Shown: positions 37,093-46,552 of the stretch, one piece after another
Layout of the letters: each line of letters begins with the position of its first letter
Position numbering within the stretch: the stretch's first letter is position 1
Origin: an uncultured Candidatus Bathyarchaeia archaeon
GTDB lineage: Archaea > Thermoproteota > Bathyarchaeia > 40CM-2-53-6
Length of the DNA: 64,000 nucleotides
Assembly (NCBI GenBank): GCA_964559555.1
Contig: CAZLHM010000007.1
Coordinates: 1,942 to 65,941 of the forward strand
Direction: 5' to 3'
Translations under genes and position numbers: made by a program
Notes under the pieces: model-generated
Database searches by the model: none
Seen by the model: the letters and a program-made list of their open reading frames with translations, nothing else
Told to the model about the DNA's origin: nothing

Positions 37093-37536
37093 ATGACACC
37101 GAAGACGTCTCCCTTTCTTTCAGCTGAATTCAGTGCAATTGCCCACGCCACAGAGAACATAGAGAACGTGGAACAGTCAGTGAGATTTCTAGTAGGATTC
37201 GCGTCAGGATCGAACGTCAAGCTGACCAGACAGTACCTGAGAGGTCACCACGGGAACATGATCACGACGGTCTCCGCGAGACTACCCGGGGCAGAACTGA
37301 ACCTAGACGCTCTCGCACGGTTGCTCCGAAGTCTTCCGATTCAAGACAGGCAATTCCTGTCGCGTCAGATCTCCGGGTGCATAGATGAGGGTAGGAACCT
37401 ATACCTGAGGTTCGACAAGCAAGAGGCCTTCACGGGGAACGTGAGACTTCAGGATGGAGACCCGATCCGTGTGAGATTCAAGTTCGGCCGAGCGTACGAT
37501 GAAAAGGCAATAGCTAGTCTCTGCGGGGAGAGCTGA
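37093..37536 (+). CDS. Conserved archaeal predicted RNA-binding protein (COG1931 / DUF54-type) of the exosome superoperon.
   Basis: The N-terminal IAHATENIENV motif is present, and the gene sits immediately upstream of Rpp30/Pop5. Confidence 0.6.
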   Translation: MTPKTSPFLSAEFSAIAHATENIENVEQSVRFLVGFASGSNVKLTRQYLRGHHGNMITTVSARLPGAELNLDALARLLRSLPIQDRQFLSRQISGCIDEGRNLYLRFDKQEAFTGNVRLQDGDPIRVRFKFGRAYDEKAIASLCGES

Positions 37537-37544
37537 CTTCCAGG

Positions 37545-38258
37545 ATGAGAGCCTACGCGGACCTTCATTTGTGCCCGATCTTGGATGACCTAACCAACGC
37601 TCAGTCGATGGCGAAGTTGCTCGCTGAGTTTCGGGTGCGACTTGTCGGCGTGGTCATCCCCGCAGACAAGCTAGGAATTCACCCAATAGTGCTTGACGCG
37701 TTCGAGGACGCAGGGCTTGATGTAGCCAAACGCTTGGATCTGAAACCCAGATCTCGCGACGAACTCTTGAGAGCATTGCGAAGATACAGGAATCGTTGCG
37801 AGATCATCTCGGTTGAGTGCAGTGCAACTTCCGTCGCTCGCGTTGCGGTACGAGACAGACGGGTCGACCTTGTCTACTTTCAGAATCGAGAACGTGGGAA
37901 CATCTTCAGAGGAAACCTCGCAGGCAATTGTCGAGCGGTGCTGGAGGTAAATCTGTCAGAACTGGCGCACGGACCGGGTTTCGAGACGGCGCTCCGTAGC
38001 CTTAGGCGCGACATAGCGAGCGCCGCCCAAACATCCGTGGAAGTCACCGGGTCTACAAACGCATCAAGTCCATTTGCCTTGAGATCTCCTCGTGACATAG
38101 CTGGACTCCTCCACATTCTTGGGCTTTCGATTCGAAGTGCGCTGGGTGCTGTCTCCGACATCCCGCATGAAATCGTGGCAAGGAATCGACTTCGAGCCAA
38201 GATGCCGAATGCAGAGGAAGGCGTGAAAGTGGTCAGAAGGGCCGCGGCAGATGAATAG
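37545..38258 (+). CDS. rnp3: RNase P protein component 3 (Rpp30).
   Basis: It starts with the YADLHL-type motif, has TIM-barrel-like length, and sits in the Rpp30-Pop5 pair. Confidence 0.75.
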   Translation: MRAYADLHLCPILDDLTNAQSMAKLLAEFRVRLVGVVIPADKLGIHPIVLDAFEDAGLDVAKRLDLKPRSRDELLRALRRYRNRCEIISVECSATSVARVAVRDRRVDLVYFQNRERGNIFRGNLAGNCRAVLEVNLSELAHGPGFETALRSLRRDIASAAQTSVEVTGSTNASSPFALRSPRDIAGLLHILGLSIRSALGAVSDIPHEIVARNRLRAKMPNAEEGVKVVRRAAADE

Positions 38259-38580
38259 ACCTTCCATGAGATATTTCCTAGTCAAGTTCGTCGCAAGAGA
38301 CCCTATCTCCGCAGATGTCCTAGAAAATGCTCTATACGGTTCGATCGAGAGGATGTTTGGGAAGTTTGGTTCGGAAGAACTGAGGACGCGTTTCATTGCC
38401 TTTGAAGAAAGTAGCAAGCTGGCTGTTGTGCGGTGCACTTCGGCGTCAGTGGAGAAGTTGCGGACTGCTCTCCTACTGATGCGTGAGGTAGATGGGGCTC
38501 CTCTAGCTGCCGGTGTTCTGCGTTCCTCAGGGACGATCAGAGGGCTCAAAGTGCGTGTCCGAGGTCTTCGACGCAGGTAG
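38251..38580 (+). CDS. rnp2: RNase P protein component 2 (Pop5).
   Basis: RYFLVKF...MFGKFGSEEL...LAVVRC...SGTIRGLK matches the family. It overlaps rnp3 by 8 nt. Confidence 0.8.
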   Translation: MNRPSMRYFLVKFVARDPISADVLENALYGSIERMFGKFGSEELRTRFIAFEESSKLAVVRCTSASVEKLRTALLLMREVDGAPLAAGVLRSSGTIRGLKVRVRGLRRR

Positions 38581-38639
38581 AGTAGGATGGTGAGGATCTG
38601 ACGGCCCCGAGCAAGAAACGCTCCAAAGCCAAGTCAGAT

Positions 38640-39839
38640 CTATAGCTTGAAAGACGTCACCGTGCCAAGTACCGCGACAACGAGCAGGATTGGTAGTGTG
38701 ACCGAAATGCTCGCCACCGAGGCGAGATACCCAGTCGCAAAGGTTGCTGCTGAAGCAATCATCAGCCCAATGCTGAGATTCAGGGCATAGGTCAACCCCA
38801 GCCTCCTGTGTGACATTCTCAGCCCAAGTAGGCCGTTCACTGCTGGAAACGTGATAAACACAGGTATTCCCGTCAGGGCGATTGCCACTTCCCGCAAGAT
38901 GGATTCCGAGAGGTACGCCACCGGGATCGAGACGCAAACGTTGGCGATCAGAAACAGGATCGTTTCTATCCCAAACATCACCCTAAGCGTCTTGGGCTCT
39001 CCGCCGAGCCCACTCACTACCCTCCCAGTCATCAACCCCGCGAAGGCACCAATTCCGATCCAGAAAGCTACAATTCCCGTGCTCCACGAGGGGCTAAGAC
39101 CTTCTATGAGGTTGAAGTAGAGAGGCATGTACCCCGTGAAGATGATGAATGAAACCGTCGTTAGCGAAGATGTCAGTGCCAAGATCGCAAAGGTCGACCT
39201 TTCTGACCGTACATCTCTCGTGTCGTTGCTCGTTTCACGGGATCGTGGACTAGGTCGCGCGTAGAAATTTACTGGAGACTTGCTAACCGTTACGATGAAG
39301 TAGACGAAGAGGACAAGCCCGAGACCGCCCCAGACCCAGAAAGGTGTTCTCCAACTGAACGCTTCGGAGAGCAGGCCGGTGGAGAATGTGGCAAATGTCA
39401 GACCCAGGTCGCCAATTGCTCCTTGGTAGCCGAACGCGGCGGTTCGGTCCTCAAAGGTACGTCCAATCGAGGCAAAGCTGACTGGATGATAGACACCTGC
39501 TGCTGACCTCAAGAACACATAGAAGACGAGCACTTGAAAGAACGTCGCACTGATCGGGAACATCAGGTCGGCCGCAACTATGCTCGCAAATCCTAAGACA
39601 AGGACACGTCGAGCATGTCCACGATCAGACAGAACACCGAACGCGAGCTGCAGCACCATTGTCGAAACAAGACCGGCAGTCAGGACTGTGCCTATCTCGA
39701 GGAAACTCAATCCAAGGCCGATCCTCATCACGGGCAGGGCAGACGCGAAGAGCGTTAGAGAGCCATCATTGACACAATGGTATATGCTCAATGCGAGCAG
39801 CCTGCGTGAGTCCTCGTTCAAGGTTCGGCCTCCGTCCAA
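38640..39839 (-). CDS. MFS-type transporter.
   Basis: It has about 12 predicted hydrophobic segments and the loop motif GVLSDRGHARRV (MFS signature D-R-x-G-R-R-like). Confidence 0.75.
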   Translation of the reverse strand: MDGGRTLNEDSRRLLALSIYHCVNDGSLTLFASALPVMRIGLGLSFLEIGTVLTAGLVSTMVLQLAFGVLSDRGHARRVLVLGFASIVAADLMFPISATFFQVLVFYVFLRSAAGVYHPVSFASIGRTFEDRTAAFGYQGAIGDLGLTFATFSTGLLSEAFSWRTPFWVWGGLGLVLFVYFIVTVSKSPVNFYARPSPRSRETSNDTRDVRSERSTFAILALTSSLTTVSFIIFTGYMPLYFNLIEGLSPSWSTGIVAFWIGIGAFAGLMTGRVVSGLGGEPKTLRVMFGIETILFLIANVCVSIPVAYLSESILREVAIALTGIPVFITFPAVNGLLGLRMSHRRLGLTYALNLSIGLMIASAATFATGYLASVASISVTLPILLVVAVLGTVTSFKL

Positions 39840-39943
39840 ACCCGGCGTAAGAAGAGGGGCAGTCTGTTATCTGTTATGGAGAAGACCACTCATCTTGTGT
39901 GCGGCCAGAGGTGGTTGCTGCACATTCCGACAGACTGCGCGCT

Positions 39944-41131
39944 TCACCGATCCCAATTGCTGACCAGGTTCACCAGAGCCCTCTTGACAAGCTCGATATC
40001 CGCAAGGTAGACGAACTCGTCGACGCCGTGAAATCTGCAGTCATCTCGTATCGGCCCGAAGGAGATGACCGGAATTCCAACCTTCGCGAAGAAGTGGCCA
40101 TCGTTTCCGCCCAGCTCTCCCGCGACGGGGATCTTCTCTCCGAATGCCTCCTGAACTGCTCGACAGAACCGTCTGACCAGAGGGTGTTTGGGATCTGTGA
40201 AGTAGTTTGACGGCGTCTGCTGCACATACTCGAGTGTTGCGTTCACTTTCAGCGAGGACTTGTTCTTCTCGAAGTATCTCGTGAAACGTTTCTTGGCCTC
40301 TTCATAGTTCTCATCGGGGCACACGCGAAGGTCAAACCTTGCCTCGCATTCGCCTGGAATAATGTTCTCCTTTTCGCCCGAACTGAGCATCGTGATCGAG
40401 AACCTGCCCCAGATCTTCTTGTGAGGCGAATCAGGAGAGGCCGGTATCTTTGATCTCACCCGTTCACGTGTCTTCGAGTGTGCTGACAATCTTGCAAGAA
40501 AGGGGATCGCTTCATCTATTGCGTTCACGGCAAGGTGAGGATATCCCGCATGACCCTGCTTCCCTCTGACGACTACCCTACCCCACAGGACACCGCTAGC
40601 GCCGATCGAAACCACCGTAGGCGAGGCGTCGAGGACGACAGCAGCATCTCCGCGGATGCCGACATTCTTGACCAAGTATCCGAGGCCAAGTTCGCCTCCC
40701 ACTTCCTCGTCCGGACACACGAGGAGAACAACATTCGCCTTGGGTTTTCCCACAGCCAATTCTCGAAGAGCTGCCATGGCGCACACAATTGCGCCTTTGT
40801 CGTCCGCGGCACCGCGCCCAAAGGCTTTCCCCCCTTCGACGGTGAGCCTGAATGGGTCATATGTCCATCCAACTCCCGCGGCCACAACATCATAGTGGGT
40901 CGCGAAGAGTATGGTCTGTTGCGCACCAGCATCTAGGCGAACCGCAACACTCGGCCTAGGCTTCTTGTCGGATGCACACTCAGCCGAGTCATGGATCTCA
41001 GTCCTGAGACCGATCGACTCAGCCTCCTCACTGACCAGGTTTGCACAATCGACATATCCCGTCTTGAGATTCGAGTCCGAGTCAATCTCAACAAGCCGTG
41101 AGAGGAAATCGACATCTCCGGACTGGCGCAC
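39944..41131 (-). CDS. M20 family metallopeptidase (ArgE/DapE/acetylornithine deacetylase-like).
   Basis: Motifs ATHYDVV, GRGAADDKGA, PDEEVGG and HAGYPH are present. Confidence 0.8.
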   Translation of the reverse strand: MRQSGDVDFLSRLVEIDSDSNLKTGYVDCANLVSEEAESIGLRTEIHDSAECASDKKPRPSVAVRLDAGAQQTILFATHYDVVAAGVGWTYDPFRLTVEGGKAFGRGAADDKGAIVCAMAALRELAVGKPKANVVLLVCPDEEVGGELGLGYLVKNVGIRGDAAVVLDASPTVVSIGASGVLWGRVVVRGKQGHAGYPHLAVNAIDEAIPFLARLSAHSKTRERVRSKIPASPDSPHKKIWGRFSITMLSSGEKENIIPGECEARFDLRVCPDENYEEAKKRFTRYFEKNKSSLKVNATLEYVQQTPSNYFTDPKHPLVRRFCRAVQEAFGEKIPVAGELGGNDGHFFAKVGIPVISFGPIRDDCRFHGVDEFVYLADIELVKRALVNLVSNWDR

Positions 41132-41390
41132 CCTGTTCTACCCCAATACTAGCCTATCTTTGTAGGTCTCATTCAATAGACTTACCTCTCCCCCTCGACG
41201 GTGGCTCCGCAAATGACTATAGCCGAAATCAGAGTACCATCTTTCGACGAAGGTCTTAAATGAATACTGGAAACACATAGGCTTCGTTTGCCCTTGAGCA
41301 TTCAACGCTGTCCAGTTTTGACTTCAGGGATCCTGTAGCCTGCGAGAGCGCCGAGGAAGGGCACAATGATAGGAAGTACCCAGATCCTGA

Positions 41391-41990
41391 ATGAGTCGGG
41401 AGGTGAGTGGATTGAAGAGGAATTTGTTGTACGGCTCGTTTCCATTGATCTTGTTGGTCCTGTCGGTGTATGCAACACATGCGATGGAAGATCCCAATCG
41501 TGTCGTCGCTGAAGCTGTCAGTGCCTCGCTAGAGGGTATTAGCCCCGTCGGCGCAGCGGTTGCTATCGTGTCGATTCCAGGGCCAGCTTCGTCGACTACC
41601 ATAGTCGTTCACATATACAGCAGGGAGCCCTTGGGTATTCGATTCGTCTCTCTGTCCTTCATGAAGTGCAAGTCCACCGCCGGGGATAGAATAATCATCG
41701 GTGCTGACGGCGTCTTCAACGTGGTGCCCCCACCTGGCGGAACCGTGACAGTCTACACGCCAGACGCAACGCATCCGGTTCCGGTCGTGCTCGTCGAATT
41801 CACTGGCTTTGATATCACAGAGGAAGCGACCTTCCAACTTGACCCTGACACATTTGGTGATCCACTATACGGCGCTCAAGTAAGAGAGCTGAAGAACATC
41901 CTAGTCCAACTCTGGTTCGAGAACGGCAAGGTCAGCCAAGGGAAGATGGTACTTGATGCTGCTGGGAACTTGGTGGTTCTCCTGCCATGA
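41391..41990 (+). CDS. Hypothetical secreted/anchored protein.
   Basis: It has an N-terminal hydrophobic segment (LLYGSFPLILLVLSVYA) and then a beta-rich sequence. I recognise no family. Confidence 0.45.
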   Translation: MSREVSGLKRNLLYGSFPLILLVLSVYATHAMEDPNRVVAEAVSASLEGISPVGAAVAIVSIPGPASSTTIVVHIYSREPLGIRFVSLSFMKCKSTAGDRIIIGADGVFNVVPPPGGTVTVYTPDATHPVPVVLVEFTGFDITEEATFQLDPDTFGDPLYGAQVRELKNILVQLWFENGKVSQGKMVLDAAGNLVVLLP

Positions 41991-42017
41991 GGCTCCGGAC
42001 AAGACACTGTATGCTGC

Positions 42018-42023
42018 TTTTTT
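42018..42023 (+). terminator. Oligo-T tract (TTTTTT) 28 nt after the stop of the 41391..41990 ORF; archaeal-type terminator candidate.
   Basis: Read directly from the sequence: gctgcttttttctc. Confidence 0.35.
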
Positions 42024-42941
42024 CTCTACATATTCTCACTTGTAGGCATTTCAAGACGGATCTCACCTTCTGAAGGTTCCAGTTATCTCTGATCATCCTT
42101 TCGCTTGCGAAGCCCCGTTCTGACAGCAGAGATTCTTGACGCCTTGACTTCTCTCGGCAACAAGGGGTCTGGGTCCTTCCTTGCAGAATCATGAAACACA
42201 TCAGAGCAATGACCGAGACCTTGATCACGTAGTCGCTTCCCCGGAAACAGCCGAGACCATGAGGCCAAGCTTGGACAAGTAAATACTGCTCCCGATAATC
42301 GGTGGATGTACCTTGGAGATTTGAATACCCGCATCTTGGCTCATTGTGGTGATCGCTTCCACAACACAGTAGTGTAGAGACTACCTGCCATTACCACCGG
42401 GGATGACGAAGTCAATCCTAGACAGGTCTTACGCTGAAAGAAATGACGTTATTCCAACGGTATGCGTGAGAGATCACTGGATTCTGGGGTCCGACCGTCG
42501 CAGAGTTCGTCATCGCCCCTCAGCATCGAGGCGTCTGCCTGGGACTGGCGTCGTCATACCCGGATGTGAGTCTGCATACGTTGGACATTAGGCTAGCGGC
42601 GGAAGAGTACTTTCTCGCGCATCTTGGGCGGGGCTGACTCGGACTTCTCCTCTTCCACTAGGCAGACCACAAAGCCTCATTGCTGATTCTCACCGTGAAA
42701 CCATCAAAGCCATTCATGATCCAAGTCCGGCAGCCATTTTGCCAAGCGTTTGCGAACAGTCTCGACGGTGAGGGCTGCAGGTTTCGGTGTCGGGACGTAG
42801 GGATCCCTTCGCTGGTTTGCTGAGTCTTGGGCTTCTTGGCGCTCGTCCAAAACTCGACTTTCGCCAAAATCAAGCGATGGGCTTGACAGCCACGAATCAA
42901 TGCATCGGCACGACTGCTCGCATGGCTGCTTGGAAGTAGGC

Positions 42942-43361
42942 CTATCCGGGAAAGAAGTAAGGCACGGTCTGCTTCGCGGACGGTACCGAACCCCTTCTAG
43001 CCTCGTGCCGCTCACGAGCTTTTCTTTGCCTGATCGTCACGGTGCCTGACTGAGTTGTTACATGGTACTCGTCCGCTCCCATGTGATGAAGTGCTTTCTT
43101 CGCGGCATCTTTGACGGTATCCAGTTTCAGGTTCAAGTCAGACTCGTCGCCGTCTCCTATTCCAATAATGTGATGTTGCACGTGCACAGGGATCTTCAAT
43201 TTCTCCTGCAAGAACTTGGCGAACAGACCACGGTCGCCGCGAAACTCCCTCATGTCGACTTCGATCATCGACCTCACCGCTAGCACATGTATATTCAGTC
43301 CCAATTTTGTCTTATGCTGCGCCAGAGTTGGACTGCACCCTTTCTCGAACCGCAACAACAC
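42942..43361 (-). CDS. Hypothetical small basic protein. The likely real start is ATG 43268 (MIEVDMREF...). It shows a weak resemblance to eL22.
   Basis: This is the only clean ORF in the 42.0-43.6 kb stretch. FAKFLQEKLKI and AAKKALHH loosely echo eukaryotic eL22 (FEQFLQERIKV, TKKYLKK). Confidence 0.35.
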   Translation of the reverse strand: MLLRFEKGCSPTLAQHKTKLGLNIHVLAVRSMIEVDMREFRGDRGLFAKFLQEKLKIPVHVQHHIIGIGDGDESDLNLKLDTVKDAAKKALHHMGADEYHVTTQSGTVTIRQRKARERHEARRGSVPSAKQTVPYFFPG

Positions 43362-43610
43362 TCAGTTCAGATAGCGAGATTGGCCCTTCCATTTGCTCCC
43401 CGAGATGTCTGCCTCATGATCTCGTCTCATGTACGATCGCGATGTTACTTCTCTCAGTGAGAGATGGCGTTGTTTCCAAGCGCTGGATTTAGATAGCCGA
43501 CTGAGCGACTAAGGGGAGAAAGCTACCTGACATGCTCCGCACGGGCGCGTGTGGGGAGGGTAAGCGTCGAAAGAAGAACAGCTTGATGAATCGAGCAAAG
43601 GTGAAGATGA

Positions 43611-44357
43611 TTGTCAATGTTCTCTGTGCCAGGGGCCTATGATCGAGCCATCACTGTATTCTCTCCGGATGGCCGGCTCTTCCAGGTTGAGTATGCATCT
43701 GAGACTGTCAAGAGGGGGGCGACTGTGCTCGGAATCGCGTCGCCGGAAGCCGTTGTCCTAGCCGCTGAGGAAAGGGCAACATCGAAGCTTCAGGATCCGT
43801 CTTTCATGTGGAAGATCTTTCAGATCGACGAGCACGTAGGTGCAGCTGTCGCTGGACTCAGCTGTGATGCGCACATACTTGTCGACCAAGCCAGGATCTA
43901 CGCTCAGAGCAACCGTCTCCTATATGACGAGCCGATTGACATAGAAATTCTTACTAGACGTATCGGCGAGATCAAGCAGCTCTATACTCAGCACGCAGGT
44001 GTGAGGCCCTTCGGTATATCAATTCTCTTCGGAGGAATAGACCGGAAGGGCAGTCGTATCTTCTGGACGGACCCGAGCGGTGCTTATCTTGCCTACAAGG
44101 CTTGGGCGATTGGTGCAGGCGGGGACGCCGCAAACGAGATCCTCGAGGCCGAATACAAAGACAGCATAGCTCTCGATGACAGTGTGTTGTTGGCTCTGAA
44201 GTGTATGAGCAAAGTGCTCGAGGAGAAGATCGACGCGCAGAAGATACGGATCGCGGTGATTCCGACGGCCACTAAGAAGTTCACGAAGCTTGCTCCGCCT
44301 GATGTGGAGAAACAGCTCAAGAAGCTCGAGTCAGCCAAAAAGGCTGGCACCAAATGA
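43611..44357 (+). CDS. psmA: Proteasome alpha subunit.
   Basis: YDRAITVFSPDGRLFQVEYA is present together with the rest of the alpha-type fold. The start is either TTG 43611 or ATG 43617. Confidence 0.93.
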   Translation: MSMFSVPGAYDRAITVFSPDGRLFQVEYASETVKRGATVLGIASPEAVVLAAEERATSKLQDPSFMWKIFQIDEHVGAAVAGLSCDAHILVDQARIYAQSNRLLYDEPIDIEILTRRIGEIKQLYTQHAGVRPFGISILFGGIDRKGSRIFWTDPSGAYLAYKAWAIGAGGDAANEILEAEYKDSIALDDSVLLALKCMSKVLEEKIDAQKIRIAVIPTATKKFTKLAPPDVEKQLKKLESAKKAGTK

Positions 44358-45043
44358 GCGACAAGTACACGACTGCAAGGATAACCAAGAGCGGAGAGAA
44401 GTTCGAGATCCTCGTCCGGCCTGAGCCTGCTCTGGACTACAAGATGGGCAAGGCGATCCCGATCTCTCAGATGCTTGTGATCGACGAGATCTATGCAGAC
44501 GCCAGCAAGGGGACTCGCGCATCAGCTGAGAAGCTTCAGAAGTCCTTCGGAACCACGGAGCCTATTGCCGTGGCCGAGGAGATCATGAAGCACGGCGAAC
44601 TCCAGCTCACAACCGAACAGCGAAGGCAGCTCGTAGAAGACAAGAGGAAACAGATCATAGCCTTCATTTCGCGCAACTGCATCGACCCGAGGACTGGGAC
44701 ACCGCATCCTCCCCTGAGAATAGAGCAGGCCTTCTCCCAGATCCGGATGGTGATCGACCCGTTCAAACCCGCAGATGAACAGGCGAGGGGGATTATCGAG
44801 GAACTTCGCACCCTCCTGCCGATCAAGGTCGAGAAGATGAAAGTTGCAGTGAAGGTCTTCCCGGAGCATGCGGCAAAGGCGTACGGCTCAATCAAGGGTT
44901 TCGGTACGATCACGAAGGAAGAATGGCAGGCGGACGGCTCACTGGTCGCTCTCGTCGAAATGCCCGCTGGGCTCTACGGCTCGTTCATAGATCGCATCGG
45001 GAAGCTCACTCAAGGCACCGTGCAGACAAAAGTGTTAAAGTAG
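44354..45043 (+). CDS. sdo1: SBDS-family ribosome maturation protein (Sdo1).
   Basis: ARITKSGEKFEILVRPEPALDYKMG... is an FYSH domain. It occupies the conserved position between psmA and rrp4. Confidence 0.85.
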   Translation: MSDKYTTARITKSGEKFEILVRPEPALDYKMGKAIPISQMLVIDEIYADASKGTRASAEKLQKSFGTTEPIAVAEEIMKHGELQLTTEQRRQLVEDKRKQIIAFISRNCIDPRTGTPHPPLRIEQAFSQIRMVIDPFKPADEQARGIIEELRTLLPIKVEKMKVAVKVFPEHAAKAYGSIKGFGTITKEEWQADGSLVALVEMPAGLYGSFIDRIGKLTQGTVQTKVLK

Positions 45044-45084
45044 GTCACCTTTCTCCTTCACGTTCTCCCTATGCTAGAACTGAG

Positions 45085-45780
45085 ATGGAATGGTTGACCG
45101 TATTCGCTGAAAAGAAGCAGCTCGTGGCTCCAGGGGAACTGCTCGCGGAAGGATCGTATTTCCCCGGTGAGAATACGTACAGAGAAGGCAACAGAATATA
45201 CGCGTCTAGGATCGGGCTCGCTGACTTGGCCGCGAATAGACTGATTGTCGTTCCACTGAAAGGATGCTACATTCCAAGAGTTGATGATTTCGTTATCGGC
45301 CGCGTTGTTGACATGACGATGTCCGGATGGATCGTAGATGTATCCGCCCCCTATCCTGCCATGCTGCCCCTATCTGAAACTCCTGCTGCAAGATCGTTGT
45401 CCGCGAGAAAGGATCTCACACGGATCCTTAATGTGGGGGATCTTGTGATGGCCGAGGTTATCGCATTTGACAGAACACGAGACCCATTGCTGACCATAAG
45501 AGGTCGAGGCCTAGGGAAGATCTCGTCGGGACGAGTCGTGCACATCTCACCTGCCAAGATCCCTAGACTGATTGGTAGGAAGGGGTCCATGATCAGTATG
45601 CTCAAGAAAGTCACAGACTGCGACATGATTGTAGGACAGAACGGCACGGTGTTGGTGTCAGGCCGCCAACCGAAAAACGAGCGAGTAGCTGTAGCGGCAA
45701 TGCTCATGATCGAACGAGAAGCTCACACACGAGGACTTACGGATCGCGTGAGTGAGATGATGAGTAGAGAACTGAGGTAG
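45085..45780 (+). CDS. rrp4: Exosome RNA-binding subunit Rrp4 (S1 + KH).
   Basis: VAPGELLAEG...YIPRVDDFVIGRVVDMTMSGWIVDV is the S1 domain and LIGRKGSMISML is the KH GxxG motif. I chose the start at ATG 45085, whereas the track ORF starts at 44923 inside sdo1. Confidence 0.88.
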   Translation: MEWLTVFAEKKQLVAPGELLAEGSYFPGENTYREGNRIYASRIGLADLAANRLIVVPLKGCYIPRVDDFVIGRVVDMTMSGWIVDVSAPYPAMLPLSETPAARSLSARKDLTRILNVGDLVMAEVIAFDRTRDPLLTIRGRGLGKISSGRVVHISPAKIPRLIGRKGSMISMLKKVTDCDMIVGQNGTVLVSGRQPKNERVAVAAMLMIEREAHTRGLTDRVSEMMSRELR

Positions 45781-45787
45781 AGAATAG

Positions 45788-46552
45788 ATGACTCAGAACG
45801 AGACTAGCCTGTTGGATGACAACGGGCTACGAGTAGACGGTAGGAGACTCGACGAGCTCAGGCCTCTGAAGATGGAAGTTGGAGTATTGGACAAAGCAGA
45901 CGGTTCCGCGTACATTGAACACGGCAAGAACCGCATAATGGCAGCGGTCTATGGACCACGAGAAGCGCACCCGAAACATATTGCTCTCCCTGACCGCGCT
46001 GTCGTCAGGTGTCGTTATCACATGGCACCCTTTTCAGTAGAGGAGAGGAAATCCCCCGCCCCATCGAGAAGAGAACTCGAGCTGTCCAAAGTCATCAGAG
46101 AAGCCTTAGAAGGCTCGATAATGTCCGAGTTCTATCCCCGGACCTCCATAGACATTTACATTGAGATCCTCCAATCTGATGGAGGTAGTAGATGCGCGGG
46201 AATAACCGCAGCGTCGCTTGCACTCGCAGACGCCGGAATACCTCTGAGAGAGATCGTTGCTGCCTGTGCTGTCGGAAAAGTCGCCGGAAAGATCGCATTG
46301 GATCCCTCTGACGTAGAAGACAAACTCGGTGAGGCAGATCTTCCCGTGGCATTCATGCCAAAGGCCAATGCGATCACGTTGCTTCAGATGGACGGGTCCT
46401 TAACGGAGGACGAGTTCAACCAAGCGCTTGACATGGCAATTGACGCGTGCAGGAGAATCAACCAGACACAGATCGAGGCTCTCAAGCAAAAGTACATCGC
46501 TGTAAAGGAGCAAGCGGAGGAGAGGGAAGAACTGAAGGAGGTCACTAACTGA
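45788..46552 (+). CDS. rrp41: Exosome catalytic subunit Rrp41 (RNase PH).
   Basis: [12 protein letters not shown]...[23 protein letters not shown]...[22 protein letters not shown] matches the family. Confidence 0.92.
   Translation: MTQNETSLLDDNGLRVDGRRLDELRPLKMEVGVLDKADGSAYIEHGKNRIMAAVYGPREAHPKHIALPDRAVVRCRYHMAPFSVEERKSPAPSRRELELSKVIREALEGSIMSEFYPRTSIDIYIEILQSDGGSRCAGITAASLALADAGIPLREIVAACAVGKVAGKIALDPSDVEDKLGEADLPVAFMPKANAITLLQMDGSLTEDEFNQALDMAIDACRRINQTQIEALKQKYIAVKEQAEEREELKEVTN

Noticed and set aside
42371-42373. In-frame UAG inside a hydrophobic minus-strand reading frame, considered as possible pyrrolysine or read-through recoding.
   Set aside because: TAG is used as an ordinary stop by many well-supported genes in this window (fen, lig, rps15 and others). 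The surrounding frame also has additional TAA/TGA stops and frame changes, which fits decay rather than recoding.
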